DNA of 64,000 nt from Candidatus Spongiisociaceae bacterium. GTDB taxonomy: Bacteria; Actinomycetota; Acidimicrobiia; Spongiisociales; Spongiisociaceae. A program made the position numbers and the translations under genes. Shown one piece after another: positions 9,537 through 19,711 of the stretch. The stretch spans positions 160,001 to 224,000 of the forward strand of contig OZ241841.1 in assembly GCA_965202665.1 (NCBI GenBank), written 5' to 3'. Positions within the stretch are counted from its first letter, which is position 1. The number at the start of each line of letters is the position of its first letter. The notes under the pieces were generated by a model that saw nothing but the letters and a program-made list of their open reading frames with translations, had not been told where the DNA came from and made no database searches.

Positions 9537-11540
9537 CTACCTTTCCGTTTCTTCGCCCGCCACCAGCGGGGTTACCGGCACCTGCAGCAGGTGCTGCATG
9601 ATGGCCCGCGCCGCCGGGGCGGCCACCGCCCCGCCCGAGCCGCCTTCGTCCACCATCACCACCACCACCCACTGCGGATCGTCGGCGGGGAGGGCCCCCG
9701 CGAACCAGGCGGTGGAATCGTGATAAACCCCTTCCTGGTCGGTGAAACTCTGGGCGGTGCCGGTTTTGCCGCTGATGCGGGCCGACAGCGGCCCCATTTC
9801 CTCGAAGGCTTTGGCGGCGGTGCCCTCCTGCACCACCGCCGCCAAGTCCCGGCGCAGGGATCCCACCGTGGCGGGGGAAATGTCCAACGTGCGCAGCACC
9901 CGGGGGCCGTTGTCGATCACCAACTCCCCCGCCGAGTCCACCACCCGGTCCACCACCCACGGCTGGTAGACGACGCCCCCGTTGACCAGGGAAGAGTAGG
10001 CCACCGCCAACTGCAGGGGGGTGGCCAGGATGGAACCCTGCCCCACCACCAGGCTCATCAGGTCGCCGCCCAGCCACCCTTCGGGACGCACCCGCCACGG
10101 CTGGGTGCGCCGCCACCGCTCGAACAACTCCCGGTCGGGCAGCACCCCCGGGTTTTCGAAGGGAAGATCCACCTGGGAGCGGCGTCCGAACCCGATCTGG
10201 TCCGCCCATTGCTGCACCAGGTCCTCCCGGTCGGTTCGGACGTAGGCCCGCCAGATGGAAAGGGCTATCTCCCAAAAATAAATGTTGCAGGAACGTTGGA
10301 AGGCCCGGTGCAGGTTCTGACGGCCGTCGTCCTCCGGATAGGTCCAGTTGCGCCACACCAACTGCGACTGGTCCACGAAGTCGGCCTCCAACTGCGCCGA
10401 ACAGTCGATGGCGTCCTCCGGGGAGGCGGCCCCCTCCGGGAAAATGTTCTCCTCCACGGCGGTTACGTAGGTGACCGCTTTGAAAGTGGAGGCGGGGGGC
10501 TTCAGCCCCTGAATCACCAGATTGTTGAAAGCCTGCTTCTCCGACAACTCTTCAAAAGCGGCGGTTTCTATGCCGCCCACGAAGGCCTGCGGGGCGAAGG
10601 TGGGATGGGAGGCCATGGCCCGCACCTCCCCGGTGTTCACATTCAGCACCAGGGCGGCCGCCCGCTCGGCCGGGCCGGGTATCAGGGACGGGTCTTCCGG
10701 TTCGGCTTCCTCCTTCAAGTCGTTGGCCAGCTCGATGGCTTCCGCCAACACCCGCTCCGCCACCTGCTGGGTGGGGATGTCCAAGGTGAGATGCACCGTG
10801 TCCCCCTGCACCGGATCGATCTGCCCCACCTCTTCCAGAATGTCGCCGTTGGGGGCCTGCCGGTAGGAAACGCGGCCCAGGCTCCCCTGCAGAAACTCGT
10901 CGTACTGCAACTCCACCCCCTGTTTGCCCACCACCGTCTCCGCGTCGATGTTGGGCAAGCGGTCCAGGTCTTCCTGGTTGGGCAGGCCGATGTGCCCCAG
11001 CACGTGCCCCATCAACTCCCCCTGCAGGTATTGGCGCACCGGCTGAACCCGCACCGCCACCCCGGGCAGGGTGCGGCGCTGCTCCAAAATCTGGTAGGCG
11101 ACGTCGGCGCCGATGTCCATTTCGGAGATGACCGCCACCTGCCCGGAGCCGGCTTCCTCCAACAGGGCCCTCACCTCCACCGGGGTCACCCCCAGCAGGC
11201 TGGCCAGCCGTTGAATGACATCGTCTTCTTCCTCCACCGGCAACTCGGCCCGGTCCACTTCCAAAACGATGCGGGAGGTGGACACGGCCAGCGGGATGCC
11301 GTTGCGGTCGATGATGTTGCCCCGGGGGGCCTCCAAATATTCCAAGGTCAAAATGTTGGCGTCCGCCTGCTCGGCCAACTCCTCCCCTTCCACCAACTGC
11401 ACGAACCACAACCGGAAAAAGAGCACCACGAACAAGCCGGTGAACAGGAAAGCCAGCGCCGCGACCCGCCATCCGAACCGCACCGCCAGCCCGCCGCCGG
11501 AGGCGCCGTCGGCGGAGGGGGAGGGCCTCAGGCTTCTCAT
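9537..11540 (-). CDS. mrdA: Penicillin-binding protein 2
   Basis: N-terminal TM segment, APRGNIIDRNG, SXXK (PASTFK), SCN, KTGT. ATG overlaps the mreD stop. Confidence 0.94.
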   Translation of the reverse strand: MRSLRPSPSADGASGGGLAVRFGWRVAALAFLFTGLFVVLFFRLWFVQLVEGEELAEQADANILTLEYLEAPRGNIIDRNGIPLAVSTSRIVLEVDRAELPVEEEDDVIQRLASLLGVTPVEVRALLEEAGSGQVAVISEMDIGADVAYQILEQRRTLPGVAVRVQPVRQYLQGELMGHVLGHIGLPNQEDLDRLPNIDAETVVGKQGVELQYDEFLQGSLGRVSYRQAPNGDILEEVGQIDPVQGDTVHLTLDIPTQQVAERVLAEAIELANDLKEEAEPEDPSLIPGPAERAAALVLNVNTGEVRAMASHPTFAPQAFVGGIETAAFEELSEKQAFNNLVIQGLKPPASTFKAVTYVTAVEENIFPEGAASPEDAIDCSAQLEADFVDQSQLVWRNWTYPEDDGRQNLHRAFQRSCNIYFWEIALSIWRAYVRTDREDLVQQWADQIGFGRRSQVDLPFENPGVLPDRELFERWRRTQPWRVRPEGWLGGDLMSLVVGQGSILATPLQLAVAYSSLVNGGVVYQPWVVDRVVDSAGELVIDNGPRVLRTLDISPATVGSLRRDLAAVVQEGTAAKAFEEMGPLSARISGKTGTAQSFTDQEGVYHDSTAWFAGALPADDPQWVVVVMVDEGGSGGAVAAPAARAIMQHLLQVPVTPLVAGEETER

Positions 11541-12046
11541 AAGAGCAGGGCCCGGCGCGGGGGCCGGGCGCGCACCCAGCGGTTGGCCAGCGGAATCATG
11601 ACCAGCCCCAGAATAACGTTGTAGACGGGAACCAACAACAGGGTGGGGATGATCTCCGGCGAACCCAAAGTCCCCTCCCCGAACAGGGTCCCCACCAGGG
11701 CCACGATGAAAACCCCCAGCAGGGACAGCAGGGCCGCCCCCGCCAGCTGGTAGCCGACCCCGTAATTCATGCGGGGGGCGGCCCGCACCGTGGCGAAAGC
11801 CACCAGGGTGGCGGCCATGGCCTGCAGTCCCAAGGGGGCGGTCCCCGACAGGTCGATGAGCAACCCGCCGATGAAGCCCAGCAGCACCGCCGCCTCCCCC
11901 CGCAGGTGGTAGGAGCAGGCGATGACCGCCAGCAATACCAGGTCGGGGCCCACCCCGGCGGGCCGCAGCTGGGAGAACAGCGTGGTCTGCAAAAGGATGG
12001 CGGCCGCCGTCACCGCCGACGCCGCCAAAATCTGCTTTCCTTTCAC
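11537..12046 (-). CDS. mreD: Rod shape-determining protein MreD
   Basis: Hydrophobic 169 aa with PDLVLL and GF.GGLLIDL, located between mreC and mrdA. Confidence 0.9.
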   Translation of the reverse strand: MKGKQILAASAVTAAAILLQTTLFSQLRPAGVGPDLVLLAVIACSYHLRGEAAVLLGFIGGLLIDLSGTAPLGLQAMAATLVAFATVRAAPRMNYGVGYQLAGAALLSLLGVFIVALVGTLFGEGTLGSPEIIPTLLLVPVYNVILGLVMIPLANRWVRARPPRRALLL

Positions 12047-13011
12047 GGCCCCTCCCCCTCTTGGCCCGCCTCTTCCCCATCCGCTCCCGCAGCCGGCTCC
12101 CCCCCTTCGGTTTCCGGGACGGCCTCCCCCGCCGGCTGGGACGCCGCCCCCAGGCTTTCCTCCAGCTGGTCCGGGGAGGGCGGCCAGGGGATGACGGCCA
12201 CGAATTCGGTGCGTTCCAGATCCACTAGGGGATCAACCGGCACCTGGATGGCCCCCGAGCGGGGGGAGGCGGATTCCCGCACCGTTCCCACCGCCAGCCC
12301 CTTCGGGTAAGAGTCGGAGGCCCCGTAGGGACCGAACGTCTCCAGGTAGTCGCCCGCCCACACCGGGGCGGTGGCGTTCAGCACCGACAGGAGCAACCGT
12401 CCCGCCCCCTGGCCCTCCACCACCCCCCGCCGCCCGTCGGAGAGACGCACGGTGATGCCCGGCGCCCGCCGGGAAGTGAGGGGGATGACCGCGGCCCCCG
12501 CCTCCGAAACTTCGGCCACCACGCCCAGCAGGGCCCCTTGCGCGTCCACTACCGGCTGCCCTTCCTGCACCCCGTCCCGCGTCCCCTTGTCGATGATGTA
12601 GGAGCGGTCCAGGGCCCCCGCCCGCCCGGTGATCTCGGCGCTGACCGCCGTCTCCTGCAGGTCGTCGGCCAGTTGCAAACCGAGCAGGGCCTCCAGTTCG
12701 GACACCCGCGACCGCAGATGGGGCGCCTGGGAAGTTTCCCGTTCCAACTCCGCGATGCGCTCCCGCAGGCGCTGGTTCTCCGAGCGGAGGCCCGCCAAGT
12801 TGGCCAGGCCGCCGGCGAAGTCAAAAACCGGATCCACCACCGCGTTCACCGCCGACTGGATGGGGGACAGCACCGTCTGCAGGCCGTCCCGCATCGTGCC
12901 GCCCACCCCCCGGCTGGAGGATCGTATGTCGAAGGTCATCAGCAACAGGGCGGCCGCCACCAGGACGACGGTGGCCAGCGCGGCGCGGTTGTCGGTAAAA
13001 CGGGGAACCAT
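12043..13011 (-). CDS. mreC: Rod shape-determining protein MreC
   Basis: TM segment, coiled coil (ENQRLRERI), IDKGTRDGVQEGQPVV, YPKGLAVG. Confidence 0.92.
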   Translation of the reverse strand: MVPRFTDNRAALATVVLVAAALLLMTFDIRSSSRGVGGTMRDGLQTVLSPIQSAVNAVVDPVFDFAGGLANLAGLRSENQRLRERIAELERETSQAPHLRSRVSELEALLGLQLADDLQETAVSAEITGRAGALDRSYIIDKGTRDGVQEGQPVVDAQGALLGVVAEVSEAGAAVIPLTSRRAPGITVRLSDGRRGVVEGQGAGRLLLSVLNATAPVWAGDYLETFGPYGASDSYPKGLAVGTVRESASPRSGAIQVPVDPLVDLERTEFVAVIPWPPSPDQLEESLGAASQPAGEAVPETEGGEPAAGADGEEAGQEGEGP

Positions 13012-13046
13012 TTCACACCCCCGGCGGCGAGTGCAGGTCCCCTATT

Positions 13047-14078
13047 CTACGGTCGGTTGGAAGTGTCAAGCACCGAATTCAGCACCTCGAACTCTTCGAG
13101 GCATTTCCCCGATCCGATCACCACCGACTGCAACGGCCGTTCCGCCACCACCACCGGCATATGGGTTTCGTAGTTGAGGCGGTGATCCAGCGACTTGAGC
13201 AAAGCCCCGCCCCCGGTCAGCACGATCCCGCTGTCCAACAGGTCGGCCGCCAACTCGGGCGGAGTGTGATCCAGGGTCTGGGTGACCGCATCCACTATGG
13301 AGGACACCGGCTCCTCCAAAGCGGCCCGCACCTCCTCCGAGGAAAGGTAGATGGTCTTGGGCAGGCCCGATTCGTAGTCGCGGCCCCGCACCTCCACCGC
13401 CGGTTCGTCCTTGTAGGGGTAGGCGGATCCGATGGTCATTTTGATCTGTTCGGCGGTGCGGTCCCCCAAAGCCAGGTTGTGCTCTTTGCGCACCCAGTCC
13501 ACTATCCGCTCGTCCATTTCGTCCCCTCCCACCCGCACGCTTTTTTTGGCCACCACCCCCCCCAGGGAGATGACCGCCACTTCGGTGGTGCCGCCCCCGA
13601 TGTCCACCACCATGGAACCGAGCGGCTCGTGCACCGGCAGGCCGCATCCGATGGCGGCCGCCATCGGCTCTTCGATGGTGTAGGCCCGCCGCGCCCCGGC
13701 GTGATAGGCGGCTTCCTCCACCGCCCGCCGTTCCACCCCGGTGATGCCGGAGGGGACGCAGATGACGATGCGGGGCTTGGCCCAGCGCCGCCGGTGCACC
13801 TTCTGTATGAAATAGCGCAACATTCGCTCGGTGATGTCGAAGTCGGCGATCACCCCGTCCCGCAAAGGGCGGATGGCCTTCACATATTCCGGGGTGCGCC
13901 CGATCATCCGTTTGGCGTCCATCCCCACCGCCAAGGCCTTGGAGGTGCGGGTGTCGATGGCCACCACCGACGGCTCGTTCAACACCACCCCCCGGTTGCG
14001 CACGTACACCAGGGTGTTGGCGGTGCCCAGGTCAATGGCCATGTCCTGCCCGACGAAGAAAATGGAATTATCGGCCAA
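13047..14078 (-). CDS. mreB: Actin-like rod shape protein MreB
   Basis: AIDLGTANT, LNEPSVVA, RPLRDGVIADF, DIGGGTTEVA, GIVLTGGGALL. Confidence 0.98.
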   Translation of the reverse strand: MADNSIFFVGQDMAIDLGTANTLVYVRNRGVVLNEPSVVAIDTRTSKALAVGMDAKRMIGRTPEYVKAIRPLRDGVIADFDITERMLRYFIQKVHRRRWAKPRIVICVPSGITGVERRAVEEAAYHAGARRAYTIEEPMAAAIGCGLPVHEPLGSMVVDIGGGTTEVAVISLGGVVAKKSVRVGGDEMDERIVDWVRKEHNLALGDRTAEQIKMTIGSAYPYKDEPAVEVRGRDYESGLPKTIYLSSEEVRAALEEPVSSIVDAVTQTLDHTPPELAADLLDSGIVLTGGGALLKSLDHRLNYETHMPVVVAERPLQSVVIGSGKCLEEFEVLNSVLDTSNRP

Positions 14079-14206
14079 GCCGAACCTCGGATCTGATAGC
14101 GGTCACGAACATTCTACCCTATATTCCCCGCTCCGGCTAACCGGCGGTTCCCAGGGAAAAAAGGGGCCTGATAAGCATTTTTTTCCCATTCTGGGCCGTA
14201 ATCGGC

Positions 14207-14629
14207 TCAACCGTCCTCCCCGCCGGCCGGGAACCAGACCGCCAACTCCCGTTCGGCGCTGGCCGGGCTGTCAGAGCCGTGCACCAGGTTTTCCTGCACA
14301 TCCAACCCGAAGTCGCCCCGGATGGTGCCCGGGGCGGCCAGCACCGGATCGGTGGGCCCCATCAGGGCGCGGGCGGCGGCCACCGCCGACGGCCCCGACC
14401 ATTGCATGGCCACCACCGGACCGGAGGTTATGAACTCCAACAGCGACTCGTAGAAGGGCTTCCCCAGGTGTTCGGCGTAATGGGCGGCCGCCGCGTCCGG
14501 GTCGGGGAGGCGCATCTCCATCCGTTCCAAACGGAGGCCTTTCCCCTCCATTCGGGAAATTATTTCCCCCACCAGCCGGCGGCGCACTCCGTCCGGTTTG
14601 ACCATTATGAAAGTACGTTCCGCGTTCAT
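14207..14629 (-). CDS. ndk: Nucleoside-diphosphate kinase
   Basis: [20 protein letters not shown], catalytic NLVHGSDS. Confidence 0.98.
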   Translation of the reverse strand: MNAERTFIMVKPDGVRRRLVGEIISRMEGKGLRLERMEMRLPDPDAAAAHYAEHLGKPFYESLLEFITSGPVVAMQWSGPSAVAAARALMGPTDPVLAAPGTIRGDFGLDVQENLVHGSDSPASAERELAVWFPAGGEDG

Positions 14630-14686
14630 GCGACTCGCTTTCCCTTGTTGCTTTCCGGCTTCTATCGCCGCCCGGCGGCCGACATC

Positions 14687-16033
14687 CTACGGCCGGCGCA
14701 GGTGGGCGCGGGCCTCGCCCGCTACGTACAGGGAGCCGAACACCAACACCGCCTCCTGCGAGCCGCCCGTCTCGGCCAATGCCCGCTCCAAGGCGGCCGC
14801 CACCGTCTCCTCGGATGCCACCGGGCGGCCGGGGAGGGCCCGTTCCAAAACGGACATCACCTCGGCGGGGGGCAACGCCCGGGGATTGTCCGCCGCGGTG
14901 GCCACCGCCCGAACGGCCATCTCCCCGTACGGCTCCAGCATAGCAGGCAGGTCCTTGTCGGCCATCGCCCCCACCACCAACGTCCACTCCAGGCTGGGCG
15001 TTTCCTCCTGCAAAGCGGCCGCCAACCCGGCCGCGGCCTGCGGGTTGTGGGCGCCGTCGATGATGACGAGCGGCTCGCGGCCCGCCGCCTCCATCCGGCC
15101 CGGAACCCGCACCGACTCCAATCCGCGCCGCACCTCCTCCTCCGGCAACTCCCGTCCCAGCATCTCTTCCACCGCCGCCACCGCCACCGCCGCGTTCACC
15201 GTCTGATAACGGCCCCGCAAGGGCAGGAACAGGTTCGGGTAGAAGCCGTAAACCCCCTCCAGGTCCATGTGCCAGCCTCCCACCGCCATCCGCGTCTCCC
15301 CCAAGCGGAAATCACGCAGGTAGGCCGACCAGCGGGCCCGGCGGAGGGCGGCGGTCTCCCCGGCCAGAACCTCCGCCTCCTCCGGAAGGGGGCCGGTGAC
15401 CAGGGCCGAATCCGGTTCCACTATCGCCAGTTTTTCGCCCGCGATCTGGGAGATTCCCTCCCCCAGATGTTCGGTGTGGTCCAGCCCCGCCCCGGTGAGT
15501 ACCGCCACTTCCCCTGCAACTGCGTTGGTGGCGTCCAAGCGCCCTCCCATGCCGACTTCCACCGCCGCCGCGTCCACCGCCGTCCCCGCGAAGAAGGCGA
15601 AGGCGGCGGCGGTGGCCAGCTCAAAATAGGTGGGGCGCTCCCCGGTTTCGGCTTCCAACAAATCGGCGAACGGGGCCACGTCGGCCACGGCCTGCGCGAA
15701 GTCCTCCGGCGAGGCGGTTTCCCCGCCCGCCCCGTATCGTTCTTCCACGCGCTCCAGATGGGGGGAAATGTAGGAACCGGATTTCAAGCCGAGGGCTTCG
15801 ATGACGGCCGCCGCCATCAGGGTTACGCTGGTTTTCCCGTTGGTGCCGGCCACGTGAATGATCGGGTAGCCGCGCTGGGGCGACCCCATCATCTCCAGCA
15901 ACCGGCTGATTCGCTCCAAGCCCGGCCGCCAGCCCAGGCCGATGTGGCGATTCAGAAAGGAGACCGCTTGCGCGTAGTCCGTGGCGTACCTCCCCGCGGC
16001 GAATGGACGGCGCGGTGGGCGCCGCCTCCCCAT
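14687..16033 (-). CDS. folC: Folylpolyglutamate synthase/dihydrofolate synthase
   Basis: HVAGTNGKTS, YISPHL..VEER, EVGMGGRLDATN, DGAHNP, FGSLYVAG. Start uncertain; see the ACG finding. Confidence 0.94.
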   Translation of the reverse strand: MGRRRPPRRPFAAGRYATDYAQAVSFLNRHIGLGWRPGLERISRLLEMMGSPQRGYPIIHVAGTNGKTSVTLMAAAVIEALGLKSGSYISPHLERVEERYGAGGETASPEDFAQAVADVAPFADLLEAETGERPTYFELATAAAFAFFAGTAVDAAAVEVGMGGRLDATNAVAGEVAVLTGAGLDHTEHLGEGISQIAGEKLAIVEPDSALVTGPLPEEAEVLAGETAALRRARWSAYLRDFRLGETRMAVGGWHMDLEGVYGFYPNLFLPLRGRYQTVNAAVAVAAVEEMLGRELPEEEVRRGLESVRVPGRMEAAGREPLVIIDGAHNPQAAAGLAAALQEETPSLEWTLVVGAMADKDLPAMLEPYGEMAVRAVATAADNPRALPPAEVMSVLERALPGRPVASEETVAAALERALAETGGSQEAVLVFGSLYVAGEARAHLRRP

Positions 16034-16141
16034 TCTAGGAAAATCGCGTCCGCCCAGCCGGTCGGGCCTTTAGCCGAGGCGCCAACGGGGTATTCTTGGG
16101 CTTTACGCACAACCCGGACGTTTCGAGCGAGGAGGAAAACC

Positions 16142-17194
16142 GTGAACTTGTTGGAAGGGGTTTCGGCGCGCATGGTGGAGACTTCCCGGTTGCGCACCCA
16201 TGTTTACGAGTCGGGGCCGGAGGATGGGGTTCCGGTGCTGATGATCCACGGCAACCTGTCCACCGGGCGGTTCTTCGAGCATCTGTGGCCGTCGGCCCCC
16301 GGCCATTACCGGTTCATCGCCCCCGATATGCGCTCCTTCGGACGTTCGGAGAGCAAGCCGATCTACGCCGCGCGCGGTTTGCGCGACTGGTCGGACGACG
16401 CCGCCGCCCTGGTGATGGCCTTGGAAATCGAAGACCCGGTTCATCTGGTGGGCTGGTCCACCGGCGGGGCTGCCGCCGCCTGCTACGCCCTGGACTTCCC
16501 CGCCTACTCCCTCACCCTCATCGACCCGGTTTCCCCCTACGGGTTCGGAGGTTGCCGCCGGGACGGAACCCCCTGCTTCCCGGACTGGGCCGGAACCGGC
16601 GGCGGGGCCGGCAACCCGGAGTTCACCGAACGGCTGGCGGCCGGCGACCGCACCGCCGAAGGCCAGGTTTCCCCCCGCAATGTGATGAACGGCTTTTACT
16701 GGTCCCCCGAACATCGGGAACCGCCGGAACGGGAGGATGTTCTGCTGGATGAAATGTTGCTGTCGGTCACCGGCGACGACGGCTACCCGGGCGACTCCTC
16801 CCCCTCCGGCAACTGGCCGGGGATGGCCCCGGGAAGCAGGGGCATACTCAACGCCTTGTCCGGCAAATACTGCAACTGGTCGGACATCACCGGCATCGAA
16901 TTGAAACCGCCCATCCTGTGGACGCACGGCGCGGACGATCTGGTTATCGCCGACGGATCCCCCTGGGAGATGGGAACCCTGGGGCAACTGGGGGCGATCC
17001 CGGGCTGGCCGGGCGAAGAGGCCTTTCCGCCCCAGCCGATGGTGTCCCAAATCGGCGACGTGCTCGACGAATACGAGCAGGAGGGCGGAGAGGTGGTGCG
17101 GGAAATGTTCGACGGCTCCGGACACGCCCCCCACATAGACGCCGCCCAAAAATGGTCCGAGGTCTTCTTCGAATTCCTCGACACCGCCGTATAA
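16142..17194 (+). CDS. Alpha/beta hydrolase
   Basis: AGGAGG SD before GTG. IHGNLS oxyanion region, GWSTG nucleophile elbow, GSGHAPH catalytic His. Confidence 0.88.
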   Translation: MNLLEGVSARMVETSRLRTHVYESGPEDGVPVLMIHGNLSTGRFFEHLWPSAPGHYRFIAPDMRSFGRSESKPIYAARGLRDWSDDAAALVMALEIEDPVHLVGWSTGGAAAACYALDFPAYSLTLIDPVSPYGFGGCRRDGTPCFPDWAGTGGGAGNPEFTERLAAGDRTAEGQVSPRNVMNGFYWSPEHREPPEREDVLLDEMLLSVTGDDGYPGDSSPSGNWPGMAPGSRGILNALSGKYCNWSDITGIELKPPILWTHGADDLVIADGSPWEMGTLGQLGAIPGWPGEEAFPPQPMVSQIGDVLDEYEQEGGEVVREMFDGSGHAPHIDAAQKWSEVFFEFLDTAV

Positions 17195-17203
17195 ACCCGC
17201 TGG

Positions 17204-17275
<72 letters not shown>

Positions 17276-17342
17276 CGGCGCCGGGGATTCAGTATAACGG
17301 AGCGAACGAGGGCCAAGCGCGATGCGGGCGACGGCCGACCGC

Positions 17343-17419
17343 TGGTCGGGCTGGTCGGATTTGAACCGACGGCCTCCTGCTCCCAAAGCAGGCGCGCTGC
17401 CAAGCTGCGCCACAGCCCG
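17343..17419 (-). tRNA. tRNA-Pro(TGG), CCA encoded
   Basis: CGGGCTG acceptor stem, CCTGC-TTTGGGA-GCAGG anticodon arm, GTTCAAATC T-loop. Confidence 0.96.
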
Positions 17420-17491
17420 ATGTCTTATAACCTATAACCGGCTGAACGGCGCCTCCCAGTCTAGGCGTCCGCCGTCCTGCGGGGAGGTTAG

Positions 17492-17576
17492 TGCGGGCGG
17501 GGGGATTCGAACCCCCACGGGCTTCGGCCCACCAGGACCTAAACCTGGCGCGTCTACCTGATTCCGCCACACCCGC
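17492..17576 (-). tRNA. tRNA-Leu(TAG)
   Basis: CCAGG-TTTAGGT-CCTGG anticodon arm, long variable arm GGGC-CGAA-GCCC, GTTCGAATC T-loop. Confidence 0.96.
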
Positions 17577-17611
17577 GTTCTCGCCGACCGCGGCCGCGCG
17601 CAGACAACCGG

Positions 17612-17686
<75 letters not shown>

Positions 17687-17732
17687 GGGGCCATCCTACA
17701 CCATCAGCAACCCCCTCCGGTCGCATCCGCCC

Positions 17733-18926
17733 CTAACTTTCCTTAACCGGACCGGGCCGGGCGGCGGCTCCGAACAGGACCAGCGCCCCCCCGGCGGCGT
17801 ACAAGCCGGTCACGGTCAGCCAGCCGGGCAGGTAACTCCCCCAGACGTCCACCGACAAGCCGAACAGCGGAGCCCCCACCCCCAGCCCGCACAGAAATCC
17901 CAGCAACACCAGCCCGGTGCCCTGGCCGGCCCGGGCGGAGGGCATGACTTGGATGACGGTCAGCATGGCCACCGCGTTCCAAGCCACCGCCCCCAGGCCG
18001 GCCAAAGCGGACGCCGTCATAATCGCCGTCGCCCCCAAAGCGGGGGCCGCCGCCAAAAGCAACCCGCCCGCCACCGCCAGCCCGGGCAGGAGGATCAACA
18101 TGCTGCGGGGGCTCAGATAGCGTTCGGCGGCCACCGAGGATAGAATCCGCGAGCTCATCCCGCACACCCCCAGCACCGCCATCGCCGCCCCGGCGAAGGT
18201 GGCTGAAAACGACAGCTCCTCTTCGGCGTAGAGGGGGAGATAGGTCATGATGGATGTGGTGCCCATTCCCAGCAGGAAGGCGTAGGCCGCCAAAAGTTTC
18301 ACCAGCGGCGGCAACCCGTCCCCGGAGGCGGGGCGTTCCCCGGCCGGGGCCGCCTCCCGTTCCCGGTCGGGGGGGATGCAGGCCAGGCCCACCGCCAAAG
18401 TAAGCAGGGGAAACAGGGTGCAGGCGGTCACCGCCCACCGCCACCCCCAGGCCATCATCGCCGGAGGCAGGACCAGCCCGGAAATCACCGCCCCGAACTG
18501 GACGCCGGACTGTTTCAGGCCGGTGATGACCCCCTGATGGCCGAAAGAGGAATGTTCGGAGATCAGTTTGTTGGTGGACGGATTAACCGCCGCGTTGGAC
18601 AGGGCGCTCACCGCCGCCGGAACGAACAGGAACAGGTAGGAGAAAGCCCCGGCGGTGAGCAGGATGGCGGAGGCCCCCACCAGGATGCTGATCAGGGCCG
18701 CCCGCCGCGGCCCGATCCGGTCGGTCCACCGGCCCGCCCAAGGGGAGCACAACCCGCCCATCAGCGAAGAAACCGAGGACAGGAGCCCCACCTGCCACCG
18801 GTGAATGGAGAACTCTTCTATCAGGTTGGGGGCGAGGATGCCCAGCATGACCAGGGCGTAGGTGCCGGAGGTCATAATGGCGGGCAGGGAAAACCAGAAA
18901 CCGAACTTTTTCAGGGATGCGGGCAT
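17733..18926 (-). CDS. MFS transporter
   Basis: About 12 hydrophobic segments and MFS motif A (GRWTDRIGPRR). Confidence 0.88.
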   Translation of the reverse strand: MPASLKKFGFWFSLPAIMTSGTYALVMLGILAPNLIEEFSIHRWQVGLLSSVSSLMGGLCSPWAGRWTDRIGPRRAALISILVGASAILLTAGAFSYLFLFVPAAVSALSNAAVNPSTNKLISEHSSFGHQGVITGLKQSGVQFGAVISGLVLPPAMMAWGWRWAVTACTLFPLLTLAVGLACIPPDREREAAPAGERPASGDGLPPLVKLLAAYAFLLGMGTTSIMTYLPLYAEEELSFSATFAGAAMAVLGVCGMSSRILSSVAAERYLSPRSMLILLPGLAVAGGLLLAAAPALGATAIMTASALAGLGAVAWNAVAMLTVIQVMPSARAGQGTGLVLLGFLCGLGVGAPLFGLSVDVWGSYLPGWLTVTGLYAAGGALVLFGAAARPGPVKES

Positions 18927-18936
18927 AACGGCGGAC

Positions 18937-19662
18937 TCAACCCGCCCGGTAGGCGGCCCGTATCGCCGCCGCCTGCTCGTCGGACAGCCGCTTGACCGCT
19001 TCCCGCACCGTCACCCCCGACGCCCGGCCCGCCCGGGGCAGCAGCCACTCAAACACCATATCCGGACGCAGACGGGCGGCGTCCCGCAACACCCAGCCGA
19101 TCGCCTTGCGGATGAAAAACTCCCGTTCGGGCAACATGCGGTCGGCCAGGGAGGCGAACCGCTCCCACTCCCCCCTACCGGCCCGCAACCCTTTCAGATG
19201 GGACAGCAAGGCCGCCCGCCGCATCCAGAAATCATCGTCCGCCCCCCAACGTTCCACCACCCGGTCGGCGTCGGGGAGGCGCTCCAACAGCGGCCCGGCG
19301 GCGTGCACCGCCAGATTGTCCAGCAAAACCCAGGTTCGCGACTCCCGCAGCATCCGCTCCACCGCCGGCAAAGCGGACGGCTCCAGAAGCGGTTCTTTCA
19401 TTCGGAGCAGGACGGCGGCCGCGGCCCGCATTTCGTGCACCGGCCGCTCCCACAAAGCCCGGGCCGCCCCCAGCGCGTCCCGCTGGGAGTCGAATCCGAA
19501 CTGCTTGCTCCACTTTTTCACCGAACGGGCGATGTGCGGAACGGGAACCCCGTAATGGAGCAGCGAACTTTTCAAATAGCCTTTTTCGAACTCGGCCCGT
19601 TCCGCCCCGCCCAAATCCCGCAGAACGGCTTCCAGTTGCGCGGCCGCCTCCCCGTAGTCCAT
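18937..19662 (-). CDS. DNA alkylation repair protein (AlkD-like HEAT-repeat glycosylase)
   Basis: YGVPVP, TWVLLD, DFWMRRAAL, EFFIRKAIGWVLRD. Confidence 0.88.
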   Translation of the reverse strand: MDYGEAAAQLEAVLRDLGGAERAEFEKGYLKSSLLHYGVPVPHIARSVKKWSKQFGFDSQRDALGAARALWERPVHEMRAAAAVLLRMKEPLLEPSALPAVERMLRESRTWVLLDNLAVHAAGPLLERLPDADRVVERWGADDDFWMRRAALLSHLKGLRAGRGEWERFASLADRMLPEREFFIRKAIGWVLRDAARLRPDMVFEWLLPRAGRASGVTVREAVKRLSDEQAAAIRAAYRAG

Positions 19663-19711
19663 GGCCCGCCCCTTTACCGGGCGCCGGAGGGGGTTCCGTC
19701 CGGGGCGGGAC

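Noticed and set aside
4468-11624. Very long antisense or alternate-frame ORFs (for example 4468-6579 +, 6557-8068 +, 9006-11624 +, and similar ones throughout the window)
   Set aside because: They shadow well-recognised genes, have low-complexity G/P/R/H composition and no motifs, as expected from stop-codon scarcity in high-GC DNA.
8349-14078. mreBCD-mrdA-rodA as unusual for an actinomycete
   Set aside because: The cluster is known from several actinobacterial lineages, and its composition is host-like.
14279-16141. 971-aa ORF suggesting a giant fused hydrolase
   Set aside because: The first 621 codons are antisense to ndk and folC. The real gene starts at the SD-led GTG at 16142. The same artefact lengthens trkH, mrdA, etfA, gatA, gatB, dxr and nrnA in the ORF track.
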